DNA of 64,000 nucleotides from an uncultured bacterium (GTDB taxonomy: Bacteria > Patescibacteriota > Minisyncoccia > Moranbacterales > UBA2206): contig CAIKZD010000017.1 in NCBI GenBank assembly GCA_903831805.1, positions 77,249 to 141,248 of the forward strand, given 5' to 3'. Position numbers and translations under genes: made by a program. Position 1 is the first letter of the stretch, and the number at the start of each line of letters is the position of its first letter. Shown in pieces: positions 55,858 to 64,000 of this stretch. The notes beneath the pieces were generated by a model, which saw only the letters and a program-made list of their open reading frames with translations, was not told the origin of the DNA and did not search any database.

Positions 55858-55926
55858 TTAGCCATTAGCCATTAGCCATTAGCCGTTAGAGCTAAGAGCT
55901 AAGAGCTAAAAGCTAAAAGCTAAAAT
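55858..55926. repeat. Heptamer tandem repeats (AGCCATT)x4 + (AGCTAAG/AGCTAAA)x5 immediately 5' of rpsM
   Basis: ttagccattagccattagccattagccgttagagctaagagctaagagctaaaagctaaaagctaaaat ATG. Confidence 0.85.
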
Positions 55927-56313
55927 ATGTTACGAATTTCCGGGGTTAATATCCCAGACGAAAAAAGAATAGTTATTTCCCTGACCTATATCTACGGAAT
56001 CGGTCCGGCCACAGCCCAAAAGATTTTGGATGAGCTTAAGATTTCTCCCGAAAAAAGGACTAAGGAGCTTAATGAGAGCGAAGAGAATGAAATCAGAGCT
56101 TATGTGGAGAAAAAAATCAAGACAGAAGGTGATTTGAAATATGAGGTGCGCAACAATATCAAGCGCTTGAAAGAGGTGGGTTGCTATCGCGGTACGCGCC
56201 ATCAGAAAGGCTTGCCGGCGCGCGGCCAACGGACCAAGACCAATAATCGGACGGTGCGAGGCAATGTCAGACATACGATGGGCAGCGGTCGAGTCAAGAC
56301 CGAAAAGACGTAG
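55927..56313 (+). CDS. rpsM: 30S ribosomal protein S13
   Basis: MLRISGVNIPDEKRIVISLTYIYGIGPATAQKIL. Confidence 0.93.
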   Translation: MLRISGVNIPDEKRIVISLTYIYGIGPATAQKILDELKISPEKRTKELNESEENEIRAYVEKKIKTEGDLKYEVRNNIKRLKEVGCYRGTRHQKGLPARGQRTKTNNRTVRGNVRHTMGSGRVKTEKT

Positions 56314-56349
56314 ACCTTACAAATAGGAATAAATTTTTTAGAAATTATT

Positions 56350-56826
56350 ATGGCAGAGGTAGATAAAAAAAATGAGGCAGAAGAGAAAGCAGAAATAGTC
56401 GCAGACACTGATGTTTTAGCTGTGGAAAATGAAGCGGCGGAAAATCTAGCCAAGAAAAAAGTCAAGAAAGGGAAACGTCAAATCACGCGGGGCCGAGCGG
56501 TCATCAGATGCTCTTACAACAATACCGCAGTGAACATCGCAGATGCGCAAGGCAATATTCTCGCTTGGGCCACTTCCGGCCTGATGGGCTTTAAGGGCGC
56601 TAAGAAAGCCACGCCTTATGCGGCTACGCAAGTGGTGGCGAGCGTGACGGAAAAAGTGAAAAAATACGGACTGAAAGAATTGGAAGTTTTTGTCAAAGGA
56701 GTGGGCAGTGGACGAGAATCTTCGATTCGCGCGCTAGCCAATAATGGTTTCGATTTAATTTTAATTAAAGATATAACGCCTATTCCGCACAATGGTTGTC
56801 GGGCTAAAAAACCTAGAAGAGTATAA
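56350..56826 (+). CDS. rpsK: 30S ribosomal protein S11 (with ~35-aa N-terminal extension)
   Basis: AVIRCSYNNTAVNIADAQGNILAWATSG...GVGSGRESSIRAL. Confidence 0.93.
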   Translation: MAEVDKKNEAEEKAEIVADTDVLAVENEAAENLAKKKVKKGKRQITRGRAVIRCSYNNTAVNIADAQGNILAWATSGLMGFKGAKKATPYAATQVVASVTEKVKKYGLKELEVFVKGVGSGRESSIRALANNGFDLILIKDITPIPHNGCRAKKPRRV

Positions 56827-56828
56827 AT

Positions 56829-57461
56829 ATGGCACGAGATACTGAAGCAAAATGTAGAAAATGTAGACGAGCTGGCGAGAAGCTTTTTCTCAAGGGTGAT
56901 CGTTGTGGCACGCCGAAATGCGCGGTGACTCGTCGCGCCTATGCGCCGGGAGTGCATGGTAAGAAACCAGGCCGCGGCTTAAGCGAATATGGCTTACAAT
57001 TGGCGGCTAAACAGAAGCTGAAGAGAGTGTATGGCATTTTGGAAAGACAATTTAGGAAGCATTTTGATGATATTAAACATAAAAAAGGCATCACCGGGGA
57101 TCTGCTTCTGGCGCGCTTGGAAATGCGTCTGGACAATGTGATTTACCGTACTGGCCTCGCGGCTTCACGCGCACAAGCAAGACAGTTGGTGAATCATGGC
57201 CTCATCATTGTGGACGGGAAAAAGATGACTATTCCTTCTTATGAAATCAAGATCGGTCAAACGGCTGGGATGAATCCGAATAAGGCCGGTAAGAATTATT
57301 TCAAGAATCTAGAGCAAGCTATTAAAAATAAGCACGATTTTCCTTCTTGGTTCACTTTTGACGCCGCTACGGCGCTAGCCAAGATCGTGGCTGTCCCGAA
57401 TAAGGACGAAATCGGCGTCAATGTGGACGCACAAATCATCGTTGAATATTATTCTAGGTAA
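56829..57461 (+). CDS. rpsD: 30S ribosomal protein S4
   Basis: MARDTEAKCRKCRRAGEKLFLKGDRC... zinc-binding N-terminus; S4 domain. Confidence 0.93.
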   Translation: MARDTEAKCRKCRRAGEKLFLKGDRCGTPKCAVTRRAYAPGVHGKKPGRGLSEYGLQLAAKQKLKRVYGILERQFRKHFDDIKHKKGITGDLLLARLEMRLDNVIYRTGLAASRAQARQLVNHGLIIVDGKKMTIPSYEIKIGQTAGMNPNKAGKNYFKNLEQAIKNKHDFPSWFTFDAATALAKIVAVPNKDEIGVNVDAQIIVEYYSR

Positions 57462-57472
57462 ATTTAAAATAA

Positions 57473-57538
57473 AGCCGTTAGCCGTTAGCCTTTAGCTCTT
57501 AGGAGCTAACAGCTAATAACTAACAGCTAATAACTAAT
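57473..57538. repeat. Heptamer tandem repeats (AGCCGTT / AGCTAAC-like) immediately 5' of rpoA
   Basis: agccgttagccgttagcctttagctcttaggagctaacagctaataactaacagctaataactaat ATG; related to the block at 55858..55926. Confidence 0.85.
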
Positions 57539-58513
57539 ATGCAAATATCTCTTCCTCAAAAACCAAAATATACCCCGACTGACGAAAAAACGGGCTTATT
57601 TGAAATTGAAGGATGCTATCCGGGCTATGGCACTACTTTGGGTAATGCTATTCGTCGCGTGCTCTTGTCTTCTATGCCTGGAGCGGCCGTCACATCAGTC
57701 AAAATTAAGAATGCCAAACATGAATTCTCAACTTTGCCGAATGTTATGGAAGATATCATTCAGATAATCCTTAATTTGAAACAAGTCCGATTCAGATTGT
57801 TTGATGAAGGACCGGTCAAGGTCAATTTGAAAGTGAAAGGTGAAAAGGTCATTACGGCTGCAATGATCGAATGTCCATCGAACCTGGAAGTGGTGAACTC
57901 TGATGCGCATATTGCGACCATCACCGGAGCCAAAGGCGAGTTGGAAATAGAAATGGAAATTTCGGCCGGTATCGGTTATGTTCCGGTGGAGCAACAAGAG
58001 CGCAAGGAAAAAGAAGTGGGCGTCATCGCTTTGGACGCAATCTATACTCCGGTGCGCCGAGTGAACTATACTATTTCCAATATGCGCGTGGGCAAGAAAA
58101 CCGATTTTGAAAAAATCAGCTTGGAGGTTATGACTGATGGCAGCGTTTCTCCCTTGGATGCTTTTTCTAAGGCCGTAGACATCCTGGTGAAGCAATTTTC
58201 TACATTAGTTGAAATGGAAGCACCGGCGAAAAAGACAAAAGTGACAGAAGTGTCCGCTCCGGAAGTCGTGATCGAAAAAGAAGTGGAAACGGTGGTCGCT
58301 TCCGACCCCAAGAGCGTTGAAATAACCGAACTGAAAAATTTATCCACCCGTACTTTGAATGTTTTGGAAAAAGGCAAGATTCGCAAGGTGGGTGACATCA
58401 TTAAATTGGATGAAGCCGCGCTTATGGAACTGGAAGGCATGGGCGCTAAGGGGGTAAAAGAGATTAGAAAAGCGATCGGTGATTTCGGATTGAATTTGAA
58501 GAAAGCAGAATAA
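57539..58513 (+). CDS. rpoA: DNA-directed RNA polymerase alpha subunit
   Basis: N-terminal dimerisation domain (GYGTTLGNAIRRVLLSS) and C-terminal alphaCTD. Confidence 0.95.
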   Translation: MQISLPQKPKYTPTDEKTGLFEIEGCYPGYGTTLGNAIRRVLLSSMPGAAVTSVKIKNAKHEFSTLPNVMEDIIQIILNLKQVRFRLFDEGPVKVNLKVKGEKVITAAMIECPSNLEVVNSDAHIATITGAKGELEIEMEISAGIGYVPVEQQERKEKEVGVIALDAIYTPVRRVNYTISNMRVGKKTDFEKISLEVMTDGSVSPLDAFSKAVDILVKQFSTLVEMEAPAKKTKVTEVSAPEVVIEKEVETVVASDPKSVEITELKNLSTRTLNVLEKGKIRKVGDIIKLDEAALMELEGMGAKGVKEIRKAIGDFGLNLKKAE

Positions 58514-58551
58514 TATAAAGTAAAAGGTGAAAAGTAAAAGTTAAAGCGAAT

Positions 58552-58917
58552 ATGCAACATTTAAACAAGACAAAAGAATTTGGAAGAACCGCCAGTCAGA
58601 GGAAAGCCTTGTGGCGCACAATGCTGGGCAGCTTGATCATGAGCGAGCGCATTGAAACGACGGAGGCGAAAGCCAAGGAACTGAAAAATCAGATTGATCG
58701 CATCATCAATAAGGCCAAAAAACATCCTAAAGAAGGGGCACAAAAATTGGCCGTGAGAAGAGACATCAAAAAAGACATTCCGATGGCGGCAGTGGAAAAG
58801 ATGATGGGAGAATTTTTGAAAAGATTTGAAGGTCGCCAAAGCGGTTATACGCGAGTAATTAAACTGGCTCCGCGGAAAAGCGATAATGCAAGATTGGCTA
58901 TAATCGAATTCGTATAA
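58552..58917 (+). CDS. rplQ: 50S ribosomal protein L17
   Basis: LNKTKEFGRTASQRKALWRTMLGSLIMSERIETTEAKAKEL. Confidence 0.93.
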   Translation: MQHLNKTKEFGRTASQRKALWRTMLGSLIMSERIETTEAKAKELKNQIDRIINKAKKHPKEGAQKLAVRRDIKKDIPMAAVEKMMGEFLKRFEGRQSGYTRVIKLAPRKSDNARLAIIEFV

Positions 58918-58924
58918 AAGCTTT

Positions 58925-59320
58925 ATGAAAAATATTACTAGAAAATATCATTTGTTCGATGCTAAGAGCAAACCCTTGGGCCGTTTGGCGACCGAAATTG
59001 CCACTGTCTTGCGCGGGAAGAACAAAGTTGACTTTACTCCGCATATCGACGGGGGAGACATTGCGGTTATCATCAATTCGGATGAGCTGGTTGTGACTGG
59101 CGCGAAACTGCGAGACAAGATGTATCATTATTTCAGCGGTTATCCCGGCGGCGTACGCAGCGTGCAACTCAAAGACAAGATTGAAGCGGATTCCCGGAAG
59201 GTCATTTCTGAAGCGGTCTATGGCATGTTGCCGAAAAACAAATTGCGTAACAGAATGATGACTCGGATGAAGATTTATAAAGACGATAAGCACGAGCATA
59301 AAATAGAAATAACCCACTAG
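58925..59320 (+). CDS. rplM: 50S ribosomal protein L13
   Basis: YHLFDAKSKPLGRLATEIATVLRGKNKVDFTPHID.GD..VIIN. Confidence 0.93.
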   Translation: MKNITRKYHLFDAKSKPLGRLATEIATVLRGKNKVDFTPHIDGGDIAVIINSDELVVTGAKLRDKMYHYFSGYPGGVRSVQLKDKIEADSRKVISEAVYGMLPKNKLRNRMMTRMKIYKDDKHEHKIEITH

Positions 59321-59334
59321 ACAAGTTTAAATTT

Positions 59335-59793
59335 ATGGCGACTAAAAAGACAGTTGAAAAAGAAAAAACAGAAAAAGAACCTGCCAAGACTAAGGTCGCG
59401 GAGCGGTATTTTTATGCCATCGGCCGACGGAAGACTTCGGTAGCCAAGATAAAGCTTTTCCCTTCTAAGGAGGAGAATAATTCCATTGAAGTCAATGAAA
59501 AAAAAGTGGAAGACTATTTCCCGATAGAACGACTGTGGGTAATTGCGGCGTCTCCTTTGGAACTGATGGGTGACGCTAAATTTAGAGTAGTAGTGAAGGT
59601 TTCCGGCAGCGGGGTGAGTGCGCAAGCTGACGCTGTCCGTTTGGGAATTTCTCGTGCACTTGTAGTTTTTGATGAAACTTTGAAAAAGACTTTTAAAGAC
59701 AAAGGTTATCTGACGCGCGATCCGCGTGAAGTGGAACGCAAGAAACCGGGTCTCAAAAAAGCCCGCAAAGCTCCGCAGTGGGCGAAGCGCTAG
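59335..59793 (+). CDS. rpsI: 30S ribosomal protein S9
   Basis: YAIGRRKTSVAKI...GGGVSAQADAVRLGISRAL...RDPREVERKKPGLKKARKAPQWAKR; N-terminal K/E-rich extension. Confidence 0.93.
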   Translation: MATKKTVEKEKTEKEPAKTKVAERYFYAIGRRKTSVAKIKLFPSKEENNSIEVNEKKVEDYFPIERLWVIAASPLELMGDAKFRVVVKVSGSGVSAQADAVRLGISRALVVFDETLKKTFKDKGYLTRDPREVERKKPGLKKARKAPQWAKR

Positions 59794-59833
59794 ACTAGCG
59801 CCACAGACCAAACACACAATCGACTATTCCCTA

Positions 59834-59867
59834 GGCGGAGTCTCTCGTAAGAGGACTCCGCCTTTTT
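59834..59867 (+). terminator. Rho-independent terminator after rpsI
   Basis: ggcggagtctc tcgtaa gaggactccgcc ttttt. Confidence 0.7.
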
Positions 59868-60044
59868 GTGAGGACACGCGAATTGAACGAATGGGAGGCG
59901 AATAAAAACGAATATGTGCAACGCGTAGAGACGCAGCACTGCCTCGTCTCTACGGTGGCGAGAAATATGTTATCCACAGGCTGGATGGTTGACGGGGATA
60001 GTTAAGATGATATAATATCATTACTAAGTATTAATAAAATAAAA

Positions 60045-60878
60045 ATGAAAAAAGAGTTGGTATTTTTCGAAAATTTTAAGATTCGCCGCCATTATGATGA
60101 AAAGGCGGAAATTTGGTATTTTTCGGTGGTGGATATTATCGCTGTGCTTTTAGAACAAAAAGATTTTCAGGCTGCTAGAAATTATTGGAAAGTTTTGAAA
60201 AATCGCCTTAAATCTGAGGGTAGCGAAGTGGTTACAGAATGTAACCGGTTGAAAATGAAGGCAGAAGACGGAAAAATGCGTGAAACGGATGCCGCAAACC
60301 CAGAAACAATTTTTCGTCTAATTCAATCTGTGCCCAGTCCTAAAACTGAACCAATCAAATTGTGGTTGGCTAAAGTGGGTTATGAAAGAATCCAAGAAAT
60401 GTCCGATCCGGAAAAATCTTTGGATCGTGCGCGCGAAAATTGGGAGAGACATGGGCACACTAAGAAGTGGATCCAGCAAAGGATGATGGGACAGGAAATT
60501 AGGAATAAGCTGACTGATTATTGGCAAGATAACGGCGTCAAAGAAAAAGAAGAGTTTGCTATTTTGACCAATATCATTCATCAAGAATGGACAGGGCTAA
60601 CCGTCAAAGGACATAAGAAGTTAAAAGGTTTGAAAACACAGAACCTGCGCGACCATATGAGCGATGCGGAGTTGGTTTTCACAGCTCTCGCGGAATTGTC
60701 CACGCGTCAAATTGCCCAAACGTTGGAAGCTAAAGGTATGGGTGAAAATAAGGTGGCTAGCAAGCGTGGCGGGTCAGTCGCTAAGAAGGCAAGAATTGAT
60801 TTGGAATTGAAAACTGGTAAAAAAATAGTTTCGAAGGATAATTTTTTGCAAAAGCGACGTGTTGAGAAATTGAAATGA
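60045..60878 (+). CDS. DinD-like DNA-damage-inducible protein (Bro-N domain family)
   Basis: N-terminal FENFKIRRHYDEKAEIWYFSVVDIIAVLLE...EPIKLWLAKVGYERI resembles Bro-N/DinD; 277 aa. Confidence 0.6.
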   Translation: MKKELVFFENFKIRRHYDEKAEIWYFSVVDIIAVLLEQKDFQAARNYWKVLKNRLKSEGSEVVTECNRLKMKAEDGKMRETDAANPETIFRLIQSVPSPKTEPIKLWLAKVGYERIQEMSDPEKSLDRARENWERHGHTKKWIQQRMMGQEIRNKLTDYWQDNGVKEKEEFAILTNIIHQEWTGLTVKGHKKLKGLKTQNLRDHMSDAELVFTALAELSTRQIAQTLEAKGMGENKVASKRGGSVAKKARIDLELKTGKKIVSKDNFLQKRRVEKLK

Positions 60879-61107
60879 CGCAGCTGTGGATAACTTCCTG
60901 CAAAATAATGTTTCATAAAAAGGAAAAATCGGGTATAATAAAAATAGCGCTTCTGTCATTCCTGCGTAGGCAGGAATCCAGTCACATATCATTAAGTTTC
61001 TACACTAGATTCCCGTATACACGAGAATGACAAATACGCGTAAGACTATTCCTAATAACATAAAGCATAATTTTTTTAAGCCTAACTAAATCTTTGCACT
61101 GCATGCA

Positions 61108-63597
61108 TTGAGCGCTATGCGCTGGTGCCTAAAAGGTGCGGGAAACAACAAAATAAATGAAAAATCTACTCTCTCTCTCTCTCTCTCTCTCTTAACTAAG
61201 AAAGTAAACTTTTTCCACCGAAACTTTTTCCGACTGGCGCTCATCATTTTCTGTGCCGGTTTTTTTGTGTTTGGATTTGGAGGTGAGGCGAAAACTAGTG
61301 TGGGTTCAAATTATTGGAAAACATATTTTTCCGGCCCGGAGCTGGAAGCGGTCAAGAAGAATGCGCAGAAATATACTCTGGCGCAAATCAAAAACAAAAG
61401 CGATCAATGGCACGGTGTCATTTCGGGTTTCAACATTAAAAACGGTTCTGTCACCAATGATGATATTGATAGCGTGGATGCCGGCAAAGTTAAAAATCTG
61501 GGAGATGTCATTGATAAAAGAATTTCTGAAAGTTCAACCCCTCAAGATTTTTCAGCTAGTCATTTGACTGGAACATATGCGGCGCTGAATGGTTCGAATA
61601 TCACGGGTATCACGGCAAGTCAAGTTGGGGCCATTCCATATAACGGCGACGGGTCAAGTCTATTAGGAGTTCAGCGAGTTGCAAATGTAACTGATTTTGG
61701 AGCGACAATGGATAATAATTCAGATGATGATATTGCTGCATTTGAGTCGGCAGCTTCCCATTCTTCAAATATCGTTGTACCTGGCAGTGGCACATATTCA
61801 ATTTCAAAATTTACCATTCCAGCTAATAATATAACAATATCGTGTCCAGAAAGGGCAATAATTAAACTTAAAGACGGTACAGATGATAATCTTATATATG
61901 CGCATCAAAAATCAGGAATTACAATTAATAATTGTGTACTAGATGGAAATCAAGCAAACCAAACTATTTATTCAGGATGGGCGATTTACGTAGAAGGAAG
62001 TTCGAATATTAAGATAGAAAATAATGAGGTGATGAATTCAGCAAATGAAGGTATAAGAGTTGTCGAATCGACTGAATGGTGGATAAGTAATAATTATACG
62101 CATAACAATGTTAATAGTGGCATCGTTTCATTAGGTGGTACCACAAACAATAGTGAACGTGGTCATATTATTGGAAATACGTCAGTCGAGGATGGTAATA
62201 TTGGCAATGGAGCTTCTTGCATTAGTGTTAATAGTCAATATACCGATGTAGCAAATAATACTGTGAAAAATTGTGGCGGATCGGGAGTTGGACATGGATT
62301 TACTATTGGGCACTACAGTGTTACGGGTCCAACATACGATGCATCATTCTCAACTTTTAGTAATAATATTATTGATACAGTAGTGTCTAGCTGTTATTTC
62401 ATAGATTCAGTGCAAGGAATCGAAATTGCAGGAGGTATTTGTAAAAATACAGGAAGTTTAGGACATGCCATTTCGGGATATACAGGTGCGACGTCATTGC
62501 TTCATCATGATATTAAAATTCATGACGTAATAATACAGTCTCCATATATAGGAAAAAATGCGATATCTCTTTATACTGGTTACAACTATTCAATTACTGA
62601 TAATATTATAACTGGTGTGCATAATGGAACTGGAATTGCTTTATATGGTGTTCAAGATTCACTCTTATCAAATAATATTTTGACAGGTAGTACTGGTGGA
62701 GGAAATGGCATAAATTTAGCAGCAACAGGTGGCATAGAATCAACCGGCAATGTGATTTCCGGCAATAAGATAAACACATTCAACCGTTGTCTTGCGAGTG
62801 CAAATTCCTCAACAAATAATAACTGGACAAGTAATGAATGCGTTGGTAGCGCTCAAATAAATAGTCTCGTTGGTACTAATAAACTTTGGGATGTTGGAGG
62901 TATTCCCGGCGGGCAGTCTATTACGGGCAGTACTGTTTCAACAGAGGGATTAATGCTACATTCTAACACTAGCAATAACGGTCTGATATCGTTAGGGTCA
63001 AATATTGTAGCGGATGAGGCTCATACTCGATTTGGAATAGGTATTGCGCCTTCAACAACATTGCAAGCAGTATCAACAACTGAACAACTGCGACTCGGCT
63101 ATGACTCTTCTAATCATGCATCATTTACTGTTGGATCGGCTGGAGCATTGACCATCCAGAATTCCGGCAGTGATATGCAACTTTATACTGGCGGAGTAGG
63201 AATTGTTCGAACGGGCTCTGCTACTGGAGACGCTGGGCAATTAAGAGTAAGAAGTAACGCGAAAGATGTTGCCACTCTGGGTGATACCGGAGGAGTTAAT
63301 GATGGTGGATTATTTTTATATAATAGTGATGGAACGACAAATAATGTCCTTCTTAGATCAAATGGAATGAGTTTTATTAACGGAGGCAACGTCGGCATTG
63401 GCACGACAACGCCTGCCGCCGCACTCGATGTCAACGGTCAAGTGAAAATCCAAAAAAGTTCTTCGCAGCCTTTTGCTTGCGATATGACGCACGATGCAAC
63501 TCTAGCGGTCACTAGCGCGTATCGAACTTGTATTTGCAAAGGTACGTCCACCACCTGGGTCTTCACCACTGACGGCACGACAAGTTGTATTTGGTAA
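61108..63597 (+). CDS. Large secreted/surface protein with right-handed parallel beta-helix (pectate-lyase-fold) repeats
   Basis: 829 aa; signal-anchor FFRLALIIFCAGFFVFGFG; many N.I..N/G.G.G beta-helix repeat units (e.g. NNCVLDGNQAN, SNIKIENNEVMNSANEGIRV, NNYTHNNVNSGIVS); ATG start uncertain. Confidence 0.6.
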   Translation: MSAMRWCLKGAGNNKINEKSTLSLSLSLLTKKVNFFHRNFFRLALIIFCAGFFVFGFGGEAKTSVGSNYWKTYFSGPELEAVKKNAQKYTLAQIKNKSDQWHGVISGFNIKNGSVTNDDIDSVDAGKVKNLGDVIDKRISESSTPQDFSASHLTGTYAALNGSNITGITASQVGAIPYNGDGSSLLGVQRVANVTDFGATMDNNSDDDIAAFESAASHSSNIVVPGSGTYSISKFTIPANNITISCPERAIIKLKDGTDDNLIYAHQKSGITINNCVLDGNQANQTIYSGWAIYVEGSSNIKIENNEVMNSANEGIRVVESTEWWISNNYTHNNVNSGIVSLGGTTNNSERGHIIGNTSVEDGNIGNGASCISVNSQYTDVANNTVKNCGGSGVGHGFTIGHYSVTGPTYDASFSTFSNNIIDTVVSSCYFIDSVQGIEIAGGICKNTGSLGHAISGYTGATSLLHHDIKIHDVIIQSPYIGKNAISLYTGYNYSITDNIITGVHNGTGIALYGVQDSLLSNNILTGSTGGGNGINLAATGGIESTGNVISGNKINTFNRCLASANSSTNNNWTSNECVGSAQINSLVGTNKLWDVGGIPGGQSITGSTVSTEGLMLHSNTSNNGLISLGSNIVADEAHTRFGIGIAPSTTLQAVSTTEQLRLGYDSSNHASFTVGSAGALTIQNSGSDMQLYTGGVGIVRTGSATGDAGQLRVRSNAKDVATLGDTGGVNDGGLFLYNSDGTTNNVLLRSNGMSFINGGNVGIGTTTPAAALDVNGQVKIQKSSSQPFACDMTHDATLAVTSAYRTCICKGTSTTWVFTTDGTTSCIW
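61169..61192. repeat. (CT)12 dinucleotide microsatellite in the 5' coding end of the beta-helix protein gene
   Basis: ctctctctctctctctctctctct read in frame as LSLSLSLL between the ATG and the signal-anchor. Confidence 0.9.
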
Positions 63598-63607
63598 AGA
63601 AAAATTT

Positions 63608-64000
63608 ATGACAAAGAAAAAAATAGTTATCATTATTGTTGGCGCGGTTGTTTTAGTGATTTTATTCTTTGGCATTTGGAAAAAGTTTTCAGCTAAAAAT
63701 AATCTCAAGCAACAACCGACAGTCGCAGTTGAATACAAAAATCCCAAAGCAGGGAACGCTGATGCCTATTCGCAGTGGCAGACCTATGACAACAAAAAAT
63801 ATGCTTTTCAGACGAAATATCCTTCTGATTGGCATGTTTTTGCTGACGACGCGGAGGCTGACTTGACCGAGCAAAAGCTGAACGGCGAAGTAATCAACCA
63901 AGGCGGTTCGGTTTTTTGGTCAAACAAGGATGATATAAATTACACTCAAGAATCCAAGCCGGCTGATTTTCATCTCTTGGGGCTTATGGTTTATGAAAAA
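63608..64000 (+). CDS. Hypothetical membrane-anchored protein (3' end runs off window)
   Basis: MTKKKIVIIIVGAVVLVILFFGIW... open to the window edge; not in the ORF track. Confidence 0.4.
   Translation, partial: MTKKKIVIIIVGAVVLVILFFGIWKKFSAKNNLKQQPTVAVEYKNPKAGNADAYSQWQTYDNKKYAFQTKYPSDWHVFADDAEADLTEQKLNGEVINQGGSVFWSNKDDINYTQESKPADFHLLGLMVYEK

Noticed and set aside
55858-57538. CRISPR array (regular short repeats near rpsM/rpoA and in leuS/mnmA)
   Set aside because: Repeat units are 7 nt with no spacers of 25-40 nt, there are no cas genes, and the arrays lie inside genes or 5' UTRs; they are simple tandem microsatellite-like repeats.
59972-59980. Perfect DnaA-box consensus TTATCCACA in the non-coding stretch after rpsI (with nearby hairpins), raising the possibility of oriC
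   Set aside because: Only a single box was found. A 9-mer is expected about 0.5 times by chance in 64 kb on both strands. There is no cluster of boxes, no adjacent dnaA/dnaN, and parAB is ~40 kb away.
1-64000. Alternative genetic code (UGA=Gly, code 25) as in some CPR lineages
   Set aside because: Many well-conserved genes (leuS, dxs, ribosomal proteins) terminate at TGA at the expected length, and several use ATGA start/stop overlaps, so the standard bacterial code 11 fits.

Overview
This 64-kb window appears to come from a low-GC, small-genome bacterium. It uses genetic code 11: many genes end in TGA, often in ATGA start/stop overlaps. Gene content and architecture suggest a Patescibacteria/CPR-like organism, but that is inference only. 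Most of the window is housekeeping: leuS, rlmN, dxs, parAB, rel, topA, dprA, mnmA, alaS, tyrS, ftsA and an infA-rpmJ-rpsM-rpsK-rpsD-rpoA-rplQ / rplM-rpsI ribosomal block, plus one tRNA-Leu(CAA). Several regions stand out against that background. (1) A 5'-truncated four-gene formate-hydrogenlyase/complex-I-like membrane module (1..6731). Its NuoC-NuoD/HycE-like catalytic subunit has lost all four NiFe-ligating cysteines, which suggests an Ehr-type non-hydrogenase energy-converting complex. (2) A minus-strand cell-envelope remodelling island of about 13.5 kb (21771..34341). It carries two GT-C glycosyltransferases, two phosphoesterase-family proteins (one fused to PAP2), a phosphodiester-glycosidase-like protein, a split MprF (synthase gene plus flippase-esterase fusion), an ECF sigma factor and a two-component system. 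(3) A membrane protein + HerA/VirD4/VirB4-like P-loop ATPase with a C-terminal zinc ribbon + small TM protein module (42543..46054). (4) Unusual short-repeat biology. A near-identical ~65-nt heptamer-repeat element is inserted in frame in both leuS and mnmA, and a GC-rich palindromic in-frame insertion sits in leuS. Heptamer tandem arrays lie immediately 5' of rpsM and rpoA. ATACCCACC-N3-ATACCCACC direct repeats lie upstream of leuS and alaS. A (CT)12 tract sits at the 5' end of a large beta-helix surface protein gene and could mediate phase variation. No CRISPR arrays, rRNA genes or transposases were recognised.
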